NCBI GenBank assembly: GCA_963924565.1
Contig: OZ004608.1
Coordinates: forward strand, 6,944,001-7,008,000
Source of the DNA: Ascidiella aspersa
Taxonomy: Eukaryota
Reading direction: 5' to 3'
Length of the DNA: 64,000 nt
A program made the translations under genes and the position numbers. The notes below the pieces were generated by a model. It made no database searches, was not told the origin of the DNA, and was given only the letters and a program-made list of their open reading frames with translations. Positions 52,746 to 64,000 of the stretch are shown piece by piece (position 1 is the first letter of the stretch; each line of letters starts with the position of its first letter).

Positions 52746-55647
52746 AGTTTGTGCGAGGGTCTCACTGAAATTGTTCATCCTAGCTGCTGTATATAATCTT
52801 GATTTTTATTACCTGCGTGTACTGTAGGGGTGTTTGATAATATCGGATCGGTGCCGATACCCGGTAGACATAAAAGAACTTGAATCGGGCACGGTAAACA
52901 AGAAATTAAAAGAAAAAAATCGCCACGCGCATAATTATTCGACTAGACGAATAATCACCATTTAAAGTAGGGCGAAATCAAAATAAAGTTTTACGTGGCA
53001 AAATGGATTTTTTAATCACCAAAATGCTTTTCACCAACACTCGCCCAAAGCGATAGTAGTACCATAATCAAGTACGCCGAAATAGGAAACAAAACTAATT
53101 CTAGTAAAAATGTCAAAGCATACTTGGAAGCAAGGTATCACTTTAAACGTTTCGAATAGACCTTTATTCATTTTTAACTTTGCAATATTGAGTTCTGTAT
53201 ATGCTGTGATATTCTTTCTAAGTCTTACTAGAACCTTCAACCATTTTGCTCGAAAACTAATTTTTAAACCGTAAACATATTAAAACGAATTTTGTGAATA
53301 TTTCAAAGTAACTTTACCATACCTGACGCTATAGCAATAATACCAATATTTTGGAAAAAAGATTATTGAACGTTACAATTACTGTATATTAATTTAGCTT
53401 TTATTTGACCATCTTTATGACGTCGTTGAGTATATGATTAAACGTTTGCACTTTTGATGAGCATTTCTATAAACCATTCCTTCTAGATTTCCTTGTTAAA
53501 ATACTACGCATTCTATTTTAGCACTTTTACATAAACTACAAGTTTCCATATTGAACTGCAAGATATTTTTTTAAATGTGTTTTGATTTTCACTCGTCAGC
53601 GCAATGCATGTTTAAAAGCATTTAATGCCTATCACGAGTTATTGAATGCCATCCATTTAAAATGTATTGCTCTTATCTTTGATTGACACTGTTATAAAAT
53701 TTATATTTTGCTGATATTTTTTGTCTATTTGTTACATTTTTTGTTGCTTGTTTTTGAAACGCTATACGAGTATTGCAATTGGTCCTGGCTTTTCTTTTTT
53801 GAAAGAATATTAAAACCTGAATGTTTTCCACAAAACATACAGACGGCGAATATTTACGCAATTATTTGATGCATAACGCAGCAACATATAATGGTGCCAC
53901 GTTGTGGTGGAAACAGTTGGTTTCGATTATTGCTACTTGGTCCTATACTAATAGCTGTAAAAACAGTGTTTTAGTAATTTGCGATTTCAGGATAAGCTGA
54001 AACAATAATGGAACACAATGCGAATTCCCTTACGAAACCGTTCCCCTTTGCATTGTACTGCTTATTAGTGTCCAGTCTGATGCAGCGGGCTTTCAGTATA
54101 AGTTCCCATCTTAAACACGCCTCGATTATTTTAAAGGATATTTTAATACACTAAAATATGCTTGAATTGCACTCTATCAGTAACACTTTAAGAATTTTTA
54201 AGAAGACGACGATATTTTTTTCTCTTTTAAAGCGCTTCTATTCCATGACTTTGAATTGTCCGGGCGAAATTTGGGTATTTTTTCATATTCCTAGAAGTTT
54301 TGCAATCGCCATGATGCTTTGATAGCTTCTTGGTAAAGTCTTTTGTTTTGACCGTAGCGCGGTTTCGCCATATATTGTGTTCTAAATTTATCCTCGCGTT
54401 TATTGTTCTATAAATGAGCTTGCGCAACTCCCGTATCCATTCATGGTTCATAAAAGGACCTAAGGCACTTCCTGTGCTTAATAGCCATGAAATTTACTAT
54501 TTGTGATTAATTTTCGACCATTCTAATTTGTTGATTTCGTCTTTCCACATGTTATTCGTTCGTTGTGTTTTTTAAATTGTGAATTGTTGTTCATATTTCA
54601 TTTGCATATTTAAGGCATGTTTTCTGTATGTTTGATTTTGAAAGATGTAAATTATTTTATCATGTATTACAAAACTGCTGTTCTATCGAAACATTGGCCA
54701 ACCAAGCTTAGAATTGTATTTAAGGAGAGAAAAGTGTATTTATATGCTGTTTGTTACCGAAGGTATGCTTATTACTTTTTGGCATCTGGCGACGGTTTGG
54801 TGTTGCAATATTTTGGTTCTTTTTATGTGTTTCATGCTTATATAGCAGGATGATTGTATTTATACAAGAAGCTCAAGCCGACTTTTAACCATGTACATCT
54901 AAATTTAAATCTAAAAATAAGAAGAGCAGTGGGCATAACATTCGTATTTTGACCTGATGAACGTGAATAAGGCTTATCGATATTGTATTGCAATTTAAAC
55001 AGTCCCACTTGATTTTCAATATTTATTTAGCAATGAGTGTGCAATTAAACTTACATACCAAAATGATTCCCAAGAGTTCAAGACTAGAAGTTTATTATAT
55101 CGTGACGAAATACATTGATCTTGTTTTAATATAGACTCTCACTGTCCCTATTTTAGTAATAGAAGATCGTCATTCTTTTCGCTATTGTCGTTTCGATTAA
55201 AACAATTGTTCTTTGAAGGAATTTTGCATTTTATTTCTAACCGACCAATGCACAAAAGAATAAACCAGAACATATAGCAATTGACTGTTCAGAGTTGCAA
55301 CTCATGTATCCTTAGGTAAGCTGTATACATACTTACGAGCTGCCGCAGTTACAATTTTCAGAGTCAGGAAAACTATTAAGTGAAGGAAAGGACATGCAGA
55401 AATGTAAAAGAGAGACTCAAACTGACGTAATAAAGTAAAAAAATTGCAAATACTTAATCCTGCATTTTGCATTTTTTTGATGCTGCATTTTAAAAATAAT
55501 TGAATTGTTCTGTTGTTTAGCAAATAATAAATCTGCCACGTTGAGCAAACCCAGCCTATGTTAAATACGTGGTGCATTGAGTGTTTTTTCTTGAAACAAA
55601 TTTGTATTTATCGTAATTGTTTAGGCTAGCTCGCATTGCGATTTCCA

Positions 55648-58600
55648 ATGTCTGTCCGCAAATCGTTATTGGTGTTACTCTGTTTATTTCTGGGCGAAAC
55701 CTCTACATTCAAGTGGCATACGCTGGACAACTTGGAATATTATTTCGCCAATAAAGCAACAAGCGATTACAATGCGGCGCTATTGGCCTGCAAAGAGATG
55801 GGAGCAAACTTAGCTAAATTCAACTCCCTGAGGATTCATCAAATCTTGACGAAGTTCACAGGTAAATCTTGACGAAGTTCACATGTATTTGACGAGAACT
55901 TTAATTGGTGCATTTGAAAAAGAGTGATTAATGTTGTATTGATTAAAGTCACATATTAGTGCATATAGTCAGTATACAAATCGGGGCCCACCAGTTAGTT
56001 ATATGGTTAACTTTTAACGTTTGTTAACCGTCGTTTGTGAGCTTCATATTAACTGTCGGAAATTTAATAAAACATTAAGTTTCACAAAATATACCTTAGA
56101 AAAAGGGACCTATATAGTGTGGCAAAAACACTCACTTCACATTCCCATTAACCCTTTATACCAGGGGTGGGCAACGTGTGGACAGCTGGCCGCATGCGGC
56201 ACTTCCAGCTATTTTTTTCTAAATAAAGCTGGAAAATGTGGACTATGTTGGGACTTTTGCTCCACAGTTTCCTCTTTTAAGCGCAATGTAACCAATATGC
56301 TACACCGCTACACTAATGCAATTGAACTCAAATGGGTTAATTGATCTATTACAAAATCTTTATTCATAAAGTTTTACTTGTGTCACGTTGTTATGATAAA
56401 GAATTGTTTTGCACCAATCATACTTGTCTGGTACGGTCAAGGTGTAACAGACTTTGCCACGCATATGGACTAAGATGGTGTGTTTAACTGCTGGGAATTA
56501 AGACTGTTAATTAAATTGTACTGAGCCGAGCCGTACGAAAAAGGCGTCATTGCAATGGTAGGAAAAGGTATTTCCGAATTCACAAGTAGACAGCATTGAC
56601 AAAACTACCGTAATTGCAGCCTAGTAGCTCATTAGATTTCAAGTAAATGCTAAAAATAAGTGTTTATTTGATGTGTGACCCTCCTATAAGAACTATTCTT
56701 CCTAACCGGCCCGAATTACTGTATCTAACCACATGATTAATTCTAATACTAAAATGAGAATCTAATGTTACGACTAATCTGACGTTATGTTGTTCCAACA
56801 GTGCCACACAAAGGCTTTTACATTGGCTTAAAACGAGTTCAAAACACTAAAGAGTTTCGGTGGTTGGACGGAACCAATTTGACGTGGACGAACTGGAAAT
56901 ATGAAAGTCCTCATTGCAGCGATGGAAGGCGGAGTCGGGATTGCGTTATAGTTAAGAGAAGATCCAGGAGGGTTTTACGCTGGATCGACTTCCCTTGCAA
57001 TGTTCGACTTGGCTACATATGCCAGAGATTTGTCGGTGAGCCTTCACGTTTTTGTTTGAGATATTATGTATTCTGTTTTTTCTGTTGTTTTAATAGTTAA
57101 ATTATAGGCCCCGAACAAAGGTTATTTTATTAAATTTTATACGTGCAGTCATACGGATACCAATATAGTAGGTAAATAGGGAAATTATCCGCCCTGCAAA
57201 TGTACCGCTTTACAAAATTAAGTTATCAAACATGTATCTAAACGAGCAGCGACCTGTTAAATTAGGCACTAAACGTTTTTTTAAGGAAGCACTTCACGAC
57301 ATGTGGTCGTTTGTTCCGAATACACGAAAGTATGTAATATTCTTTCCTTGTGCGCTAAACTTGTTGTTTTGTTTACGACTAGCCGTTCGTGTTACGCCAT
57401 AATGCCCCAAAAGTGGCGTGATGTTTACTGCGGCAAAGCAGGTCATTCTACATCAAGCAATTCCGGCCGTCAGCGAAACGAACAGATTAAGCGGCGAACG
57501 GATTGAAAACCACTCCTTTTGATCGATTAAGAAACGAGAGAACTTAATTCATTCCAGAACCAAAACGAGAGAGAATGAATTAACGAACAGATTCGAATCC
57601 GGCTTAAATGTGCATATAAACGGGCTTTTGACAATAGAATTTGCATATTGGGACATCGTTTGCTGAAAACTATACCGCAAAGTATAACGTGCCTCAGTTC
57701 AAGTTACTGGTTCTTCCTCTGTAGCCACAACGTCTTATCCTTATGTTCTCCCGCCCCAAGATCACCACCTATTGCAACAGCAACCTTCCGTAACGGCAAC
57801 CGTGTTATCAACCACCAAAAACACACGTACAGAGATGCCAAGCTCCCAAGCACAGCAATCAAATGGTTTGAAAAATGTTTTTAAGTGGTGTTTCTCAAAC
57901 TTTTTGAGCCAGTCTCAACTTTTGTTTTTAAAGTAAATGTCGAGCCACACCAAGCAGGTGCGGATCCGGGGTTTTTGTAAGGGAAAGCAATTTAAAATTT
58001 AAGGATGACGTCACACAAAGCTACGCCACCAAAGACACGCGTAAAGAGATGTCCAGGTCTTAGGCATAGCAATCAAGCGGTTTGAAACATGGCTTTAAAG
58101 CAGTGCTTCTACACTTGTTTAAGTCCGGCCTCGATATTTTGTAAAAAAATGTTAAGCCCCACCAGTCAGGGGAGAATCCAGGATTAATGTTCGGGAAGAG
58201 CAATAAAAGTTTTCAGTGATGGTGCTGCAAATTTACGTCATAACTTTTTATCCTAAAGCAACTGTTGTATTCCTGTACACCTGAGCGCTGTTAATTAGGT
58301 GAAATTCAGTCTAATTGCGCGAAGCGCGGAACAAGTTTCGTTTATTTCGTCTAAATTAATTAAACAATCAACTTAAAAGGAAACGCGACGTATTAGGCAC
58401 TTCAATGAAATTTGCATCTTGCTCCAAATAACGGCATTCATAGTCTAATTTAATAAAAATTGCACTTCAAAGAGTTTGTGAATCATTCGGTGCTGCATGC
58501 CATAGTATGTAAAGTGCAATGAACTGAATACATTTACTTAAAACGGATTTTGTTTCATTTACATAGCAAAAGTTGGCAAATTATATTTGCGTGTCAAGCA

Positions 58601-60030
58601 CTGACCTCCACCTGAATTCGTCTCTTCCACCAGACTTTACTATAGATGCCATGAATGTATGTTTGGTAGCCTAACTGCAAAAATACATGTAAAAATCCGA
58701 AATTTTGCCAGATCTCGCGTTTAAGAAACGCTCCATTTCGGGAACGCTTGATGAAAGTATCGAAGCAAATTGTCTAATTATCGCATATGATAATCAGAAA
58801 GTTTAAAAAAAAAATGCTCCGTTGGTAGTGTCCCATTAAGAAAGAAACTGCGCGAGTATAGTGCAAAAATTATGTCTATGCTTTTTGAAATATGTAGGGG
58901 TGTTCGGTTAAAACACTATAGTGTGAGCAACAACGACATCGCTTTTTTTCCATTTAATCTTAAAGTAACAGCGGGCATCACACCATTCTTCGGGTTTACG
59001 TCACTCTGTTGTCAAGACATAGATAAAACTCACGTTAAATGTCACCACAAGATGGCCGGAAGCAAAACAAAAGTGGTTGCACTGCTATCATTCTCAGTTT
59101 AAATTAATATATAACAAAACCGCAATTACTTCAACTTTAAAAGTCCAGTTTACAAAAGAGTTTTGTTGGTTATATTGATGTAGCTTATGTAATCATATAT
59201 AATAATTGCCTGCTGTTATATAAGTAAGGTCACTCTAATGCAAATAGAATTCATGTATTGTTTCGCAGATCCGATCACCATCGTCATCAGTACAATGATC
59301 GGCGAAATTCTTCTTTTGTTTATTCTTGTTTTTCTTGTTTGCAAACGGTATGTTTAACCGATTTTGGCGTGAAAGCGTTGTGTTTTGAAAAGTGATTAAA
59401 GATTGTAGTAGTGCATTAAAAAATGACGTTTTATATACAGTTGTATTTATATACCGTCCAACCATAAAGTTTCCCTTTGTGCAGCCCGCCACAGCAAACG
59501 TACGGAGGAGATACAGTGAACGAATTAGCGAGGGGAAGAGCGTTATATCCAAGCCGTGTCTTCATGAAAACCAAAGATAATTTGAAAGGTTATTTTATAT
59601 TTGAACAAGAAAATATTTTTCAATAAGCGTATTTAGAGTAGCATTACACACTAAGACGTACGTAGTTCAGAACAAGACTCCTTAAACATATATAATTTTT
59701 CTTATAGCAATACAAGAAAATGTTAAATTAAAAAAATTGATTATTTGACGTTTCGAACCTCAAACGGACACCGAATTTGCTAATTCTAATGCAAATCATA
59801 TTATTCTACCACGCTTTTTTAAAGAAATAATTATGCTAATTACAAAAATAAGATTTTCATTTAATTTTATTTTGTTTTTTGTAGAATCACATGTTCGCGA
59901 CGAGAATGGTTACGTAAGACCCAACCCTGTGTTTCCGTCCAAGAGAACAAAGATAATTGAAGACAACCGAACGAACATCACAAACAGACGGTGTGTGTAT
60001 TTCAAAACAAGGCTCAACAAATATTCATAA
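55648..60030 (+). CDS. CTLR10: type I CTLD receptor lacking the EPN/QPD motif, Glu in TM, DENGY tail
   Basis: Exons 55648-55861, 56802-57035 (FYIGL...WKYESPHC...RDCVIVKRRSRRVLRWIDFPC...YIC), 57725-57865, 59269-59347 (TM ITIVISTMIGEILLLFILVFLVC), 59485-59588, 59885-60030 (RDENGYVRPNP). Confidence 0.8.
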
Positions 60031-61080
60031 CCTATAAGAGTTTAAAACTAGCAATATTACTTCAAAGGATGTTACAAAACCCAGATCTCATCAGTACGAC
60101 ATATTAGTCGTAGTATTTCTACAAGCTTAATGTTACTCCCAATAAGCAGCCTATTCAATAGATGTAAAATATTATTTGCAGTTCGTCGAAAGGTCCTGAA
60201 TTGGCACACGAAATCGCTTCACATGGAACACTAAATAGCAACCAATTCTACGTGAACACAAAAGGTAACTTCTCCGATGTGGAAAAGTTGACAATAATAC
60301 TGTGGACACCATTCCTTTGTTCCAAAATTTTAAATCGAAGTAACTCAAAATTCTAAATTCAGAAAACACTATAAAAACAATAGTTAAAAAAAATATTAAA
60401 TACTGTAGCTTAGTGAATACGCTGAGCACTGATAAATTTATATTGAAAATAAAAAACGACCAATTTGAAACGTTCAATGCTAGCTACTTTGGGTTTTGAT
60501 ATTCTTTTTACGTCTTACTACTACCTCCAACCATTATGCTACAATGAAAAAACCTGAAGTCAAGCGGATTTGCATACAAGTACGTCAGCAGTATAAATGA
60601 CGTCTTACCTTGAAAAACAAACGATCAACGCGTAGTTATATATTCAATTTAAATAAAAACAATTAATCGGTTTTGAGTGTATGCATAATTATACGTGCTT
60701 TAGCTCGACGTAGTTAATAGCACAATAGTAGTAAAGTTACATTTGTCTTAAATTCTTGTGATGTGTTACTTGGTAATGACCAGAAACGACAAAATACATG
60801 TCTCGTAATTCAATAACTATTTAATTAAAAATTGCAGATGTACAGGTATTTTTTGAAATGAAAAACCTTCACTTACATACTGTCTTTATTCCAAATTTTG
60901 CTTAATAAAATATTGAATGCGAATGAACATTAAAAACGTTGTGCTTTTCAGCATTTAACAATCTCGCTACTTTTATGTAACTTATATATCACAGTTTTAT
61001 GCTCGTAGAGAGTTAGCATGATACGAATGCTTTACCGTATTCCTAAATCCTTAGCATTCACTCTATCGTAATTTTTATAG

Positions 61081-61175
61081 TACCTGACGAGGAATATGAC
61101 GAAGACAAGCATGGTTACGTCTCTGCGAATCGAGTGTTTCCAGTGTCGACCTATGTTGTAACCAATGAAACATAA
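61081..61175 (+). CDS. Additional or alternative terminal tail exon of CTLR10
   Basis: Acceptor ttttatag, then a phase-1 frame VPDEEYDEDKHGYVSANRVFPVSTYVVTNET*, homologous to DENGYVRPNPVFP. Confidence 0.6.
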
Positions 61176-61685
61176 CAGGAATTTAATCCTGGCGAAATGT
61201 TCGATTTATGAGATTAACGTCAAAATATAAACTGTATACTTCTGTCAATAATGATTCAAAGAATATTCAGGGAATATAAATTAACCATCTATTTTATTAC
61301 ATCTTACTAACTCGCTTTAAATCTCTTCGGACGATTAAAATTATTTTCCACTGAAACATGGACTCAATAAGTTTCTCTTTTTGTAAACAATGTTGCTGTC
61401 CTGTCTCTTCGAAATTGATTTTTTTATGTGTTTTCGCCCCTTGTTCAATGTGTGTCGCAAAAAATTGACATTTGTCAGTTTCCTTGATAATTGAGATAAG
61501 CACATAAATTTTGACAAAATGAAAGTCGAATATCAATAATAAATTCGTGACGTAATCTTTTAGATTAGAATATCTTTCAAGATAAACGTATGCTTTGTCT
61601 TGTATAATGTCATATTGCAAAAAAGCCCAACTTTTCAATAAAAATCGTGTTATAGGTTCAACCTTTAATAAAGACATGTTTAGGG

Positions 61686-62575
61686 CGGGGTTTCTCAACT
61701 GCGGCCCACGGCCCCCCTGGGGGGGCCACCGGCATAACTCTCCAGCTATATTGCGAAAACCAAAGTGTCACTATTTTTATATTTTAAACTCAATTTTGTG
61801 TTTTTATTATGACTTTAAACCTTTTTGTAACGTTTTGTAAGACATTTTTCTGACACCTGCTTTGACTAGTCAGTAGGGATGTTTAACGTAGATTATTGAA
61901 TCCTTTTTATTCGTTTTATCGCGGAAAGTTACGCCTAATTGGTGGTTCGCAAGTGCCAGTTTGGTTAGAAACCTATCGCTGTGTCGAAACAATTACTGTG
62001 CTGCTTTGTAGATGCTCATGATTCGTGCGGCGTCAACGTTTTTTTCGAGGGGCCAATTATTACTTGCGATACCTTCGCCTAATCATTAAGTTTCCGATAA
62101 ATGCTGAGAAAACATTTCACCGTAAAACGAAAAATGTCACCGTAAAACGCATAAAGTACGCTACCGGGTTCAAAATATTATTTCTAGGCCAACATTTAGC
62201 GGTTTATGCAGCTTATTTGTGAAGTAGGCTAATAGTAACGCTTTAATAAAACGAAACTCGAGTAATCATCTCGACGAATGTAGTGACATCGCTTGGCTCA
62301 GTACAAAAACAAAGCCGAATATAAAAAATACCTTTGTGGCGTCGAAGAATAATGACTAACTAAGTTATAGGTTTAATTAAAATGACTTATTTGTTAAATT
62401 TGTAGAAAGTAAGTGCGATTATCCGCTGATTAATGGCTGTATTGGTCATTAACGTGAAGAAGTAAAATAAGTGAAAAGACTTTAAACACAATGCCTGGTA
62501 TTTTTATAAGCAGTGGGCCACGAGGGTCGATAGCCTTTTAAAGGGGCACGAAGCATGAAAGGTTGAGAACCACTG
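61686..62575. mobile_element. hAT MITE
   Basis: TIR cggggtttctcaac / gttgagaaccactg; TSD gtttaggg. Confidence 0.85.
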
Positions 62576-63353
62576 GTTTAGGGCAACAATAATTCGAAAA
62601 AGCGATATGTACAATGTAAAGCACATTACAAAACGGTTAGATAAACCTATAGTTTTTGCTACCCATACATTAGTTTAACAATGCCTACCATAACGATTAT
62701 GTACATCGAAGATAAAGATAATGTATTTTAAGTAATTTTCGAATTATGATATAAATTGAATTATTTCATGCCTGCTGCAAATTATTTCAAGGATTTTTTT
62801 AGAAAATATGAATAAATTATTCCAACTTACACGAAAGACACCGCGTTTATAACTAACAAAATCGTACCCCGATATTTTCTTATAAAACTTAGTTTAAACC
62901 AACCGGGGATTTGTCAGTAGTAGCCTATATTTCAAAAGAGAGAGGTTACGGGTTTTAACAAAACCTTGTTATGAACTTTGCGTACTCCAAATGACTTTGG
63001 TTGGCGCGTCGAAAACACAATGTTATGTATGCAATTCGGGACACCAAGAGGTGAATAGACAATTGCTTGCCTTTGCCACGTGTCTGGATGCTATTGTCAA
63101 ACTTCGGCTAGCAACAATCACGTCTTACTCAGGTTTTGACCTGTTTGAAATGACAATAACAGTTAAGCGAATGGCAAGGACACCTTTATTTAGACAGGAC
63201 GGATGAAGTTAGATGTTATTTTGGTAAACAATACAGGCCAAAGCGTAGATATGTTTCTAATTTGGATTATTCAGCTAACATGTAATCATTTAATTGATGA
63301 ATTATGTTTATATAGTCATTAATTAATGATTTAAAAGAATCGAGAAATAACTG

Positions 63354-63561
63354 ATGATGATATTCTGTGTTTTGATGTTATTTACGTTTATTCGCCGAAC
63401 ATCTACTGTTCGATGGCATGAGTTGGGCAACTTTGAATACTACTTTGCCAACAACGATAAGTTCAACTACGAAACGGCTGTTACATCCTGCGAAGAAATG
63501 AGCTCGACTTTGGTTAAAGTCAACTCACCGATGATACAAAAGTTCGTGGCCAAACATTCAG
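63354..63561 (+). CDS. CTLR11 exon 1 (signal peptide + N-half of CTLD); gene continues beyond the window
   Basis: MMIFCVLMLFTFIRRTSTVRWHELGNFEYYFANNDKFNYETAVTSCEEMSSTLVKVNSPMIQKFVAKHS, then a phase-1 donor at the position used by paralogs. Confidence 0.85.
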
Positions 63562-64000
63562 GTTTGCAAATTGTTATCATTTATTTGCAAAGAAGAACAG
63601 TTAGCCTTACAAATATGCAGCGCAGCCAAACGCTGTTTATCTATATATAAGAAAAGACTTTCTTACAGAGTATAATCAGAGGTGTAATCCATACTTAAAT
63701 GGAAGGCGTTTTAGATGTTATAACCTCGGTTATAAACCTTAATTCATCTTTCTGCTGTGCTTTATTAGACGTTCAAATGATACATTATTGCATATTATTT
63801 TAAATCAATTATATGTATTATATAGTTACGTTGAACCAAATGCAATTACGTTATTAGGTTTAACTGCGTCTTTAAATTGTCTATACTAGATAATGAATCC
63901 GTCCGATGGGAATAGTTTTTTTTCTAAATATTTAAACGACTAAATATCTAAATATTTAAGCTCCACTCAAAAGATTAACTAAAACAGGAATTTACAAGTT

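Noticed and set aside
51402-52827. ORFs reading IISRVPS...KWWTTH
   Set aside because: Alternative frame of the ITIM-bearing exons; incompatible with the phase-1 acceptor.
1-64000. Prokaryotic operon, defence system, CRISPR, rRNA/tRNA or autonomous transposase
   Set aside because: No long ORFs or such signatures. The coding signal appears only as spliced eukaryotic exons.

Overview
AT-rich eukaryotic (animal) genomic DNA with short GT-AG introns. An invertebrate such as a tunicate is plausible, but the species cannot be established from the sequence. The window is a head-to-tail (+ strand) tandem array of 10 paralogous multi-exon genes (here CTLR1-7 and CTLR9-11) plus one orphan stalk/TM/tail cassette (unit 8). 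They encode type I membrane receptors: signal peptide, a single short-form C-type lectin domain (CTLD; two exons, YIGL in place of WIGL), a Ser/Thr-rich mucin stalk of symmetric phase-1 exons, a TM helix and a tyrosine-motif cytoplasmic tail. Members differ in sugar motif (EPN/WND, EPN/WVD, EPN/WIG, QPD/WDD, none) and in tail (multi-YxxL ITAM-like; repeated DENGY hemITAM-like plus YxN; NPxY plus canonical ITIM VTYATV). This looks like a paired activating/inhibitory immune-receptor cluster under birth-and-death evolution. Visible signs are three pseudogenes/null copies, segmental duplications, a deleted gene, a chimeric gene, duplicated alternative terminal exons and many hAT-type MITEs. All gene models were spliced by eye and are not validated by transcripts.
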